Below, piece by piece: positions 25,601-36,048 of a stretch of 64,000 bases of DNA; position 1 is the first letter of the stretch, and every line of letters starts with the position of its first letter. Both the position numbers and the translations under genes were made by a program. The notes beneath the pieces were generated by a model that saw only the letters and a list, made by a program, of their open reading frames with translations, ran no database searches and was not told the DNA's origin. The stretch lies in contig CM114271.1 in NCBI GenBank assembly GCA_050084515.1, forward strand, positions 45,880,001-45,944,000, read 5' to 3'. The stretch is from Blasia pusilla (Eukaryota).

Positions 25601-26037
25601 TTCGTGCTGAAGGGGCGGGTTGCATAGTCCCAGAGAACAAATGGAGAGGGATGGCATTATCTTCTAGTCTTTTCAGTGCTTCACTTTCCATTATGGTGGC
25701 CGTTATTGTTTGGAAGTCTGAAGATCCATGCATGCCTCTTGTAATTGCGCTGTTCATTGTGTTGGGGGTGTCTATCGCCAAAGTAGTCCAATTTTTCTCG
25801 AAGTCGTATAGTCGACTTGGACTAGACGCGGTTGCCCTCGTCAGCTTCAACTCTTTTCTACTGGGCACGTTGAGTTACCCGGCATTCCCACACGTTGCGA
25901 AATCTTTGTCGCCAACAATAAGTGTCCTCTTGGATTGGCTACTGAGGTGGTTTGTTGTGAACGGTGGTGGACCTGACAGAGTGTGCACATCAAAATCAAC
26001 ATTGTCGGACCTAGTTGAGTTCGGCCAACCTTCATAG
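22618..26037 (+). CDS. Uncharacterised plant coiled-coil + multi-transmembrane protein (~374 aa; exons 22618-22887, 24822-25004, 25366-26037)
   Basis: Three phase-0 exons joined by GT-AG introns (CAG|GTCTTT, ACAG|TTA, AAG|GTAATT, TAG|ATG). Hydrophobic N-terminal segment, heptad-like LSKLQADCDHLHIKNYELE..MKELEAQNVKIEELQRRV, and C-terminal TM cluster SSLFSASLSIMVAVIVWKSEDPCMPLVIALFIVLGVSI..SFNSFLLGTLSYP. Additional exons cannot be excluded. Confidence 0.75.
23021..23376. repeat. Intronic tandem repeat, ~163-bp unit, about 2.2 copies
   Basis: TTAAAGCCTAGGATTGAAC(A/G)CGTGTGCTC recurs at 23021, 23184 and (variant) 23346, with collinear unit bodies. Confidence 0.9.
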
Positions 26038-28087
26038 AATTAGTTCAGAATATCTGGAACACCATTCGGAATTTGGAATGGAATGTCCGTGTCATAAACG
26101 ATGGGAAGCCTCTTGGAGGCATCAACAGGAGACTCTATTTGAGAGATTCCCTATCGAAGTAGAGTGGGTCCTTGCGAATGCTTGGGAAGTATTTTATTAC
26201 TACATTATCCGTCGACTTCTCTACGAACCTGAGTCGCATCCGTTCGACTGAAATTTGCCGAGATTCGAGGATTAAAGGAGGATTTGTGCATGTGTAAAAT
26301 GAGATGACCGTCGGTAGATAGACGTCTCGTTCTTAGTTTGGATCTAAGCGCGACGTCAGGATAAGTTTTATAAGTTTTATTTCTTGGTGGGGTCCTTAAC
26401 AGCCGGACTCTAGGATGTGGGCTAGATTTTGCACGAATGCACAGAATTTAGAAAGCGCGTATAAATTCTGAAGAAAACGCTGTTATGATTTATACGTCTT
26501 TGTGTCGCCCGTAGCGTCCTACCTGAAGGCAATGTGGGCTAGGTTTTCAAAACCGCTCAGAATTCAGAGCTTGTTGAATTTGGTAAACTGTCGAGAAAGT
26601 GGTCAATCAGCGCATGTGCCGCGGATGTGTACAATTTTACTGGGCGTATTCTCCTGGCTGCAAAGTGAAATCCTAGTCGATTATTTTAACTCGGTTAATG
26701 TTCTTACGTACACAAACACACAAGGATTATCCACACCTCCGCAACAGGTAAAATAGCAGTTTTAATGTGTGTCGTAAATGCCCGACTTGAAAGTTTCTGA
26801 GAGGCTAAAAGTATCCACCCTCAAAGGATAGGCTTCCAAGATTTCACGGTGGGGCGATCTGAAGTCGGTAGTTAGTCTTTCGAAGTATACAATCTCCCTT
26901 CTGACGACCAAGAATTAGATGATGTGTCAAGTGTGTTCTTTGAAGCTGTTGGTATAGATAGTCTCAAGAAAACAGGAAACTAGTCTTGAAAGTCTAGTAG
27001 CCATGGAACACTTGATTAAGTAGATGGATAGACGCTGGAAGCGCGCGATCCCTCTCATCAGGAATCAAGGAGTAGATCATAGGATAGTTCCAGACGATTA
27101 GAGATGTAGTATCTTGAAATTGCTACATTGTTATCGAATCCAATACCCGGATTTTGGAAGTGGTCATGTGAAAATGAGGTTTGTAGACTCATTCCGCTTG
27201 AGGCTTGGAACTGCTACGTTTGGTGTTGCCGAATTCGACAATTGTTTGATTCTCAAGGAGATGGCTATCCTCTGCCCATTTTTTTGTGTGCGTTAGTAGA
27301 TGGTGATCCCCTGTCCAATTTGAGGTCCCTTCCCGTTACGGGTTTACAGATCACGAGGGGAAAGGACCTGTCGATTAATCATCCATGACTTTGATTGGAC
27401 CACTTTGCCACTCGATGACAATCGAGACCATGCCCTGCTTTTCATTTCCTCCCCTATGTGTCAGCCTTGGCGCATAAGCCTGATAGGAAAAGTTAACCCG
27501 TGGCGAGGAATAGGGAATGGGTCGCTCTTCATCTCCAATAGTTGAAGTAGCCACTTCTGTTCGGTCTCGACGGTACTTTAAGAAGTGGTGTGCCTTTTTG
27601 GATCACCGAAGCCTATGCAGCCTCGGCAATACTACGTACGGCGTGTAGTGCCTCCACAGGACCCTTCGATTGGAAGTGTCGCAAGGAAGGAATCTGCGGC
27701 GTGGGCTGGAAGGGTTGGAAAATAGCATCTCATTCTCGTTGGCTGCTCGATTGCCACACGGAATTTTCTTCAGCCTTCTGATTCTCGAGTGCCGATGCGA
27801 ATGTCTCGAAGCCTTTCGTCGATCGACTGCCCGTGGGAATTACTAACCAGAGCTCGTCAGTCGACGTGTGGATCCGTTCCCGCCTTCCACCAACGATCAA
27901 TTTACACCTGTAGAGTTGGTTGGATTTTCCATTCCGAGGCCTTGTTACAGCAGTCAACCTAAACTGACGCTCTATGTGGAGTCGGTTGGATTGTCCATAC
28001 CGAGATCCGAGGTCCCCAGACGCATTTCGCTCCGAACGAAACTCTGGACGGCATTCGATCGCCCTCCGACAATCCCCGGTTCGTAGG

Positions 28088-28621
28088 TCAGGACAAGGGA
28101 AGCTCATTGATTGCCTCCACAAGTTCAACAGTCGTGAAAGACTCTTCCGGTAGGACTGGTGCTCGAATCGGTGCGAAGAATTCTTCAGGTGGACTCCAGC
28201 CGACTTCCTTGAAACATCCACAAGACGTGACAGGGAGGGGAGGACCAGGACGACGACAGCACGAGGATTTGGGGGGTGGAGGACCGTAGGAAGGGAACTG
28301 AGGAGGTTTCTTGTCTGGATCGTTGTCCTTGAGATAGAGCGCCATGTATTCCACCGCGTTCGCTGGCCTCTCGACGACCATCGTCTCCAGACCTTGCAGA
28401 AGGAAGGGGTCGATCTTTCCTAAGTACTCGCGCACTGCCATCGTTTTGACCGGGGGCTTGGGTGGCTCCGACGGTGGCGTCGCCGCTTGCTCCTTAGTGG
28501 CGTCCGCGACTGCCGGTTCTGACGATTCCTTCGAGGATTTCGTGCTTCCCGCCGTCGATGTTGTCGACATTTCCTTCGCGGGTTTCGCGCCCGCAGCAGT
28601 TGACGGCCTTTTCGTGGCCAT
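28088..28621 (-). CDS. Dpy-30-motif-containing protein (177 aa, single exon)
   Basis: ATG-started GC-rich ORF. VREYLGKIDPFLLQGLETMVVERPANAVEYMALYLKDN matches the Dpy-30 dimerisation/docking motif pattern (R.YL...v.P.Ll.gL..l..erP.dP.eyla.YL). Flanks are low-complexity Ser/Thr/Pro/Lys. Confidence 0.8.
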   Translation of the reverse strand: MATKRPSTAAGAKPAKEMSTTSTAGSTKSSKESSEPAVADATKEQAATPPSEPPKPPVKTMAVREYLGKIDPFLLQGLETMVVERPANAVEYMALYLKDNDPDKKPPQFPSYGPPPPKSSCCRRPGPPLPVTSCGCFKEVGWSPPEEFFAPIRAPVLPEESFTTVELVEAINELPLS

Positions 28622-30696
28622 GGCGCTGCGTCTTTCGGTCGGTCACGAGGAACCTCGCAGGCACGTCAGCTCCCCTCCCCCGGGAGGACGAGGAGTCGAT
28701 GCGATTCTAGGTGAGGCGGAGAGGTAGATATCCAAGCGTCGACTTCGCAACCCAAGTCCGATCCTCGTGCCTGGACTCCTTGGCGACCGTTCATTCCGAA
28801 GAGATATTCTTCCCTCCATTCCTCCCCTCCACTCCCCTCCCTCCTCTCCTCAGTGCAATGTGCCGACAGATGACTGGACCTCATGCGACCTTCCAGTGGA
28901 TCTCACTGACCCTGGTGTGAACGGGCTCACCTTATCGTTCCGTGCCTGGAAAAAGAAGCCAATCATCCCATCCCACTCGAAAAAGCGAGTGGAGTCAGCC
29001 AGAGACGATGAGTTCTTCCCACCGCCCGTCTCCCATCCTTCTAACCCCTCTGCACTGCGCCTTTCACGAACTCCTCCACATCCGAAGTCGTCCTCGCCCG
29101 TCTCGAGTCTCTGGTCTCGACGACCCCCATTCACTTCTTTGACCCAAATCCGAAGCTCGGCCACAACTCCCGAGTCCTCACCGACGAAGTCGGATTCCGG
29201 ACCGGCCACGGCGGCATCTCATTGTCTGCAATCCGAAGCTCCGAGTTCCAACTCCCTCGCCCTTCGCGGAAACTCCCGGCGCCTTTACCGACGTCCTCGT
29301 GAGTCGTGACTCCCCGCGCAACTGCGCCACCATGAGAACGGACCTGTCAGAGCGGCCCTCTCCAACGAAGGATCGCTTCCAAAAGAGAATAGAAGAACAG
29401 AACGGGACAAAGCGCGAGAACATTCCCTCTTTACTACGACGAAGCGAGCGAGCCTACGAAGCCAGAGATCCCCTCTGACCGAAAAGCTGAGTCCGCACCC
29501 GAAGGCGAAAGGAGGCGAGGATGGTCACGAAATCTTTGGGCGGACGTGGAAAAAAAGGTCCGCGATGACAGATCGCCAGAGGAAGCAAATCGGAGATGCC
29601 GAAACCAAATGCTGCGAAAAGGCGGACTGCGAAGAATATCTTATCAAGAAGCTCGCCCTTGATCAATCGGTGAATTTCGCGATATCGATTGCCGACGCCT
29701 TCGACATGGACTCACGTGAAGGAGATCTTTCGACGACAGCAAAAGTGAACCATCCAAAGCGGAATCATTATCGCCCTCCTGTCTGCGTTTTCCATGCCAA
29801 ATTTGACAGATTTGGATCTGCCGCAGCTGCCCTGCCGATCCCTCTTTCCTTCGTTACTGAATCCGTCCCGTCTCTTTCGCGAGAGCGGGCCCTGCGGCCG
29901 CGAATCAATCCGAGATGCGCACGCTGCAATAATAATGCGGTTGTTGCGTTGCCAAATATAGAGACCGAGTCCACGATCGTGATTCACGAGGCTGCAAGCC
30001 GTCAAGGAAGCGCTCAAGCAAGCACCTCTTTTCGTTGAACTCCGCAGTCCAGATGTGCTCGTCGCTCGATTCCACCTCCTCCGACGATTGCGACTGCGAA
30101 GAGGGAATCGTCCTCATCATTATGAGAAATTCGCAACTTGACTATCACGCGCCTTTCCGACGCATCCTTTTCCCGATGGGTTTTCCATCCCCGTTTCTAT
30201 TAAAGTGTATATTCCCCTCTTTCTCGATCTCGGACGCAAACGACATGAGATCTACGGACTCCGGACGCGCGAGAAGAGATCCGATTTGCCTCCGCGGACC
30301 GAAGGGAAGCGTCCACCTTATTCCCCCCCCATCCCCATAATAATTATCAACATCTCGCCATCACCTCCTTTTTCAAATGTCCTCGTCGACTCTTTTCTAG
30401 CGCACGGGTTAACGGATGGATTCATTTCAAGTCTACGGAGGGATCATCATCATCATCATCATCCCTTACGAGACGAGATGTGTAATATTTCTTGTTGATC
30501 ATTATGAACTCACGGGTGAAAACATATCTTATCTTAGTTAAATGTTATTGTACACTTGTCAATTCAATGAGGTTTCAAAATTTTCATCCAAATCCAAACC
30601 CCCTCCTTTTCACCGCCTCTGATGATATGTGTCTAGACTATCCACGTGTACTCCATGTGTGTAATAATATTATTCCCTTCTCAAGGCCCCACACCC

Positions 30697-30758
30697 GTTT
30701 AATAATATAGACTAGTTTAAACCCCCCACAGGGTTTAAACTAGTCTATATTATTAAAC
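30697..30758. repeat. Perfect 28-bp inverted repeat with 6-nt loop
   Basis: GTTTAATAATATAGACTAGTTTAAACCC - CCCACA - GGGTTTAAACTAGTCTATATTATTAAAC. Confidence 0.95.
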
Positions 30759-30851
30759 CGGTGCGATGCACTGGCTTCGCAATACGTTCAAAGGACACGT
30801 GTTGGACTGTCCCGTGTCACTTGAAAATCGCTCCTCTGATAATAATATAGA
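30740..30851 (-). mobile_element. 112-bp miniature Helitron-like element
   Basis: Minus strand reads A|TCTATATTATTATCAGAGG...CCAGTGCATCGCACCGG TTTAATAATATAGACTAG|T: TC start, GC-rich subterminal hairpin, CTAG end, AT target. Confidence 0.7.
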
Positions 30852-33014
30852 TTTGGAAAACAATTATGAACCAATCGGATAAACTTAGACTAGCCATGAT
30901 GGGATGTAAGGTGAAAGTGTGGTAGATAACAAGAAGATATCATAATTGATTTAATATTACGTGAAATTTTTATTTCGTATATGAGATGAAGTAAGGAATT
31001 TAGAATAAATAATATGTCTAGTCCGCGAGAAGCCTACTAGCCTATGCGACATGGCATCCGACATGCACCTCATCCAAAATTTGTCTTTTGGTTCTCCCAG
31101 AGGAGATCTGGTTTATTTTTTGAAGTTTGGATTTTTTTAATTCTTGAAATGGAAACATAGTCAAGTTACACACATGAAAAACACACAAGACGTACTCTCT
31201 CTCTCACACATACACACACACATGGGTCCTCTATGTCCTAGATAGGGGATGCCTCCCGGATGAGACTAGCCCCCATTGTCCAAAGAAAGAGATCTACATT
31301 CATTGGAGATGATACTTGTGGGGCTAATCTATTCTTAGAACCCAAAAAGAACTATTCAAAAATATGGATGTGAAGGTGTTTTTCTGGTGTAATATCAATT
31401 ATATACTTATAGATGGGATCCATCGGATTATGGTTTTCGATTGATAGATACCATTCAATTCAACTCAATTCATAATGTTAAGATTTCTACTCATGATGTT
31501 TTTTAAGATTTTTTATGTGCCTTTTTTCAGATTCTAAAATCGGTTCTATCGATTTTCTTCATTAGTATTTTCATACTACTAATCAAATTCTTATCTTTTA
31601 AAATTATTTCATTGACAATTTCAAAATGCAATGACTTCTTCACTCATTGCACGAGCCAATAAATTGGTTATTTTCAATCCGAGTGAGCACACTAAATTAT
31701 GAGCTACAACTTGCATGTCTTTTGGAATGGAAAGTGGCCAAAAGTCTAAAACAAGTTGGATACATCCCAGAAATTTATGTGAGAAATAAAAAAAAGTTCA
31801 GTATGTCTTTTTCCACTTTTCAATTATGAAAAATGTGGCATGTCTTTTCCTCCTTTTGAATTTTGAAAAAAAAGTACCATGGCCCAACTCCCAACAATAT
31901 ATAAGGGGAAAAAAAGTCAAACTAATGGGATGAGTGACATCATTATAAATTATGAAGACAAACATTTAATAGGAAAAAGCTCCATACATGAAAAGAGGAT
32001 ATGAAAACTAATGAGACAAAGGAAGCTCTAGAATAAATCAAGTCCAATATCATTAGGACCTCATACCTAACCTTACCATGCCTCCAAGAGTGTTTTAAAG
32101 CTTTGACCACATTCCAATGCCATATAAAATATGTTGTCTATAGCCCACTTTAATATCCAGTTAGATAGGCCAGTCCAAGACATTTGCAATAAAATTTAAA
32201 TATTTTGAAAAATAGTGTACATTTAATTCGATTAAAGTAAACTTTCTGCCAAATAAATAAATGGTAGAAAATATTTTCACATAAAGGTGATGAATCCATG
32301 TTCTCGTATCCTTTTAATAATATCAAAATGAAAAGGGGAAAGTACCAACCTCCAAAAATCACCCACGGCCTATTAAAAAGGAAAAAAATCACTACGCACT
32401 TATCCATTCCATAGATATTTACTTTTTCTTCTTATATTTTTTTCATTACGTTTTGACTCATTCTATATCATAACTAGCCCATCAATCTCTTTTCCTTTTC
32501 TTTTTTTAATGCATGTTCGTTAGTCATTCCACCTTCCATGCCTTTTCCCGCCTTAGGATCCCTACACCAACTCACTCGTTTTTATTTATTATATAGATAA
32601 AAACTTTCAAGTAATCATATCTTTGGCCGTTTGCATGAAATAATAATTCAAATAATCGGAATGCACTTTTCGTTCCACCTAACAATAACCTGAACAGAAA
32701 ATACTCGAACTGCATTTATTGCGTCAATTCCTTCTCGACCGGAGTCAAATAATTGCGAATCCACTCGACCTAACCTAAGCTCAAAAGCAATATATAAAAA
32801 TAAAATGAATCTCCCCTTTTGCTCATAGAGTTTGCAACATGAACAGGTTCCTAAACCAAAGCTTGTGAGTGTGGGATTGGAACTTCTCTCAAGTCTAAAG
32901 GAGTTGGTGCGAAGCGAAAATCTTGGACTCTTGAAGTGGCTTTGTGTATATAAAGGGATGTGTCAACGACGGCCATGTGGTGTTGGACGCATGGACGATA
33001 AAGCGATGGGGTTA

Positions 33015-33470
33015 TACAACTTTTTGTGGATATGGTGTTGTTCAACAAATGGAGGAATCATATGTGGCGCAATGTTGTCATGGATTGATGGAGGCATACA
33101 ACTTTTTATGGATATGGTGTTGTTCGACCGATGGAGTAATGATGTGGGATGTTGTGTTGCCATGGAAGAATGGATGGAAGGACGATATTGCAATTGACTC
33201 TTACAACTTTTTATGGATATGGCGTTGTTTGACTGATGGAGTAAATCATGTACATTGTTATGTTGTCATGGAAGGATGGACAAAAGGATGATATAGCGAT
33301 TGAGTCGTAGAAACTTCTATAGATATGGTGTTGTTCAACAAATAGGGAAAAATCTTGTGCGGAGTTATGTTGTCAGAGAGAGATGGACATATGGGAAAAA
33401 TGGTGATTGAATCGCACAACTTTTTAGGTATATTGCGTTGTTGGACCGGTGGAGTAAAATTAGATCTCAT
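33015..33470. repeat. Degenerate tandem repeat, unit ~105 bp (one 82-bp unit), about 4.5 copies
   Basis: Motif (T/C)ACAACTTTTTRTGGATATGGYGTTGTT, in places degenerate, starts at 33015, 33097, 33202, 33308 and 33415. Confidence 0.85.
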
Positions 33471-36048
33471 GCCAAATTTTAGAATTATGTTGTCCTCACG
33501 GCCAATCAATTTCCATACACTTCTTACGAGAATAAAATTTTGTCACTTGTGCAAATGAAATGTGTTGAGTATTATATGTGTTTAGAATATTATTATTAGA
33601 TGTCTAATAAGTGTTTATTTCAAAGATTTCTTTTCATGACAAGAGAGAGACGTAGAGAATAGTCCCTCTTTCCACACCTATTTCCTCAAGAGAAAAGGGA
33701 AGCCTTCGTCTCACGTTATTGTTGCCATCCCTAGAAGGTGTCTTGAGATGTCAAACTTGGGGTAGGTTATGACTTTTGGGGCAAGAGATCATTAAATAAA
33801 GATACCCATCCCCTATGCACCGTCAAAATATTATGTCACTATACCCATATCCCTTGAATTGGTAAAAAAGTGTGATTTGATAGTTGGGAGAAAGCATAAT
33901 GCTATGAAGATAGAAATTTTGCAAGGGATGGTAAAAAGTGGACACATCAAAATGGTAGAGAGGTGCAATGCATGATTTACTTTATGGTTATCTTGTTGCA
34001 AATAATAGTATAGATTGCATGAAATGATAGGCCCATGATGTCCGTAGTTGTCATAGAATTGGCGGTTAATGTCCAAAATTCAATGGGTTTTACTATTTAA
34101 TATGCATGGTTTTTTAGACTCAACTCATAGACTTTAAGAATTCAACACCTATCTGGTGTTTCAATTTTGGGAGACCGTTAATTTAATATGCATTAAAATA
34201 CTATTGTGCTTATGAACCCCATTTTTAATTAAGAGATGCTAAAAGGATTTTCTAAAAAAAATAAAATCTTGAAGTCTACATCTACATCATTATGGGAGAG
34301 AAAATGTATGGCTAGATGGGGGGGAACACTTCAATCCACACTGATTTTACACATCAATGATTAGGAGATAAGGTTCTACACAAAGTTGTATGTATCATAA
34401 AAATTTATGCAATATGAATGAATTTTTAATGAAGATGTGATATGATATTTACAATGAATTTTTTTGGGTCAATATCCCCTTTTATTCCTTTTTAGTCTAT
34501 GAGCATTTTCAGTTATCCCAGAATTGAAATGATAGGTTGGGCTACCATTCTCTTTTGAGAATGGATGCATGATTTTCCCTCTACTACTTTTAAATTATGT
34601 AATATTAATTATTGGGATCAGGAAATGGGGAGACTCATTTAGGGCTTGCTAGGGCTACTCAAAAAAATTGGAGACACCAATTGTACAAAAAGTTGTAGTT
34701 TTGTGTGCATTTATATCTTTACTACATGAGATATGAGCAACTACTTGAAAAAATAATCAAAATGCGAGACTTAAAAGAAAGGGAGAGAAAACAATTGTAT
34801 TTTTCAAAGGAAGAGGGAAAGTTGTGATGAATTTTTGTATTCCAAATGAGAAAAAAGAAAATCCCCATATCGGGAAGCCAAGAAACAAATCTCTTTTCTG
34901 AATTTGAGAGAGGGCGATATTCATTCGTATAGATCGTCATACTTCGATCATCGGGATGGATAGCTCTCTGAAGAGCAGGGGAGCATGATATGAATTTTTT
35001 AAATCATCAGAAAATTCAGAAAGATAGATAGGGAAATAGGCTGAAGTTGGATGAAAAACATTTAGCATGTTGAACCAATTATCCTACAATTATTTTAAGA
35101 ATCGCATAAAAAGAAAGAGGGGGGGATTCCTCCCTGAAGAGATTTAGGTTGTTATTTTTCACCCAACCCTAAACCACAAGACCACAAAGTGTATCCTCGT
35201 CAGAGTTCGCAAGGGTGACGTGATAAGAACGCCCTGTTGAAAATCGAAATTTTCATTACATATAATAAGATGCAAAATAATATTTATAAACTTCAGGCTT
35301 AGCTTCGGGCTTTGGAGAGGGGTTATTTGACAAGCTTTCTTACCACTATGGGGCATACTATCCAGTCGGGGCTTTGTAGGGCCCATCGTTGTCGCTGGGG
35401 CTATGGCGGAATTCGCAGGCGGGGCATGCGCTCGGGCGATGGCGGAATTCGCAGGCGGGGCCGCGCAGCGATGGACCGTTCGAGTGTTCGTGTCACGGCA
35501 CCCCACGCGATCGGGGTCCCGGGGAATGTCAAGCTTGCTCTCGGAATTCCGCGCAGGAAGTCAAGAGGACGGATATGGTGCGCTGCGCCTCCCATTCGTG
35601 GGAACCGGTGCGCAGTGGGACCGCAAATTCAATTCGGGACACAAAGAGGGAAGCCATGGAGCCATGCAAGATCTGTGGGTTGTAGGTACACCAGCGCAAC
35701 CACCATTCGGCGACGCAGCACAGATGTGACGAGGGACGAGGATGTATGAATCAGAAAGTCGTGCATTCTTTCTTCTTTTTGGTACATGGCACCCTGAGGC
35801 CTGTGGGCGCGGAGGGTGTAGACGACAGTGATGAACGGATTCTAGAAATTGGTTGATGGTTGACCGAGAAATGGCCTAGTCGAACAGATCCATGGAGCCC
35901 GTGCTGAGTTGGAATAGAACTGGGCCCCTGTGCTTTTCTTCAGCTCGCAGCTTTCTGTCCCAACGCCGACGCCGCCATACTGATTGGCAGGTAGGGAGAT
36001 CGCTGGGAAAATGACTCTCTGCATCTCTGCCGAAATTTGACTATAACA

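Noticed and set aside
28700-30340. Several overlapping 100-180 aa ORFs on both strands upstream of the Dpy-30-motif gene
   Set aside because: GC-rich sequence yields long chance ORFs; no recognisable motifs or consistent exon structure. May be UTR or promoter.
33015-33470. CRISPR-like array or PPR gene
   Set aside because: Eukaryotic context, the inter-core sequences are homologous to each other rather than unique spacers, there are no cas genes, and there is no PPR-like translation.
35400-35462. Short direct duplication ATGGCGGAATTCGCAGGCGGGGC; similar short pairs at 40880-40990, 59210-59400 and 60693-60873
   Set aside because: Ordinary local duplications with no further structure.
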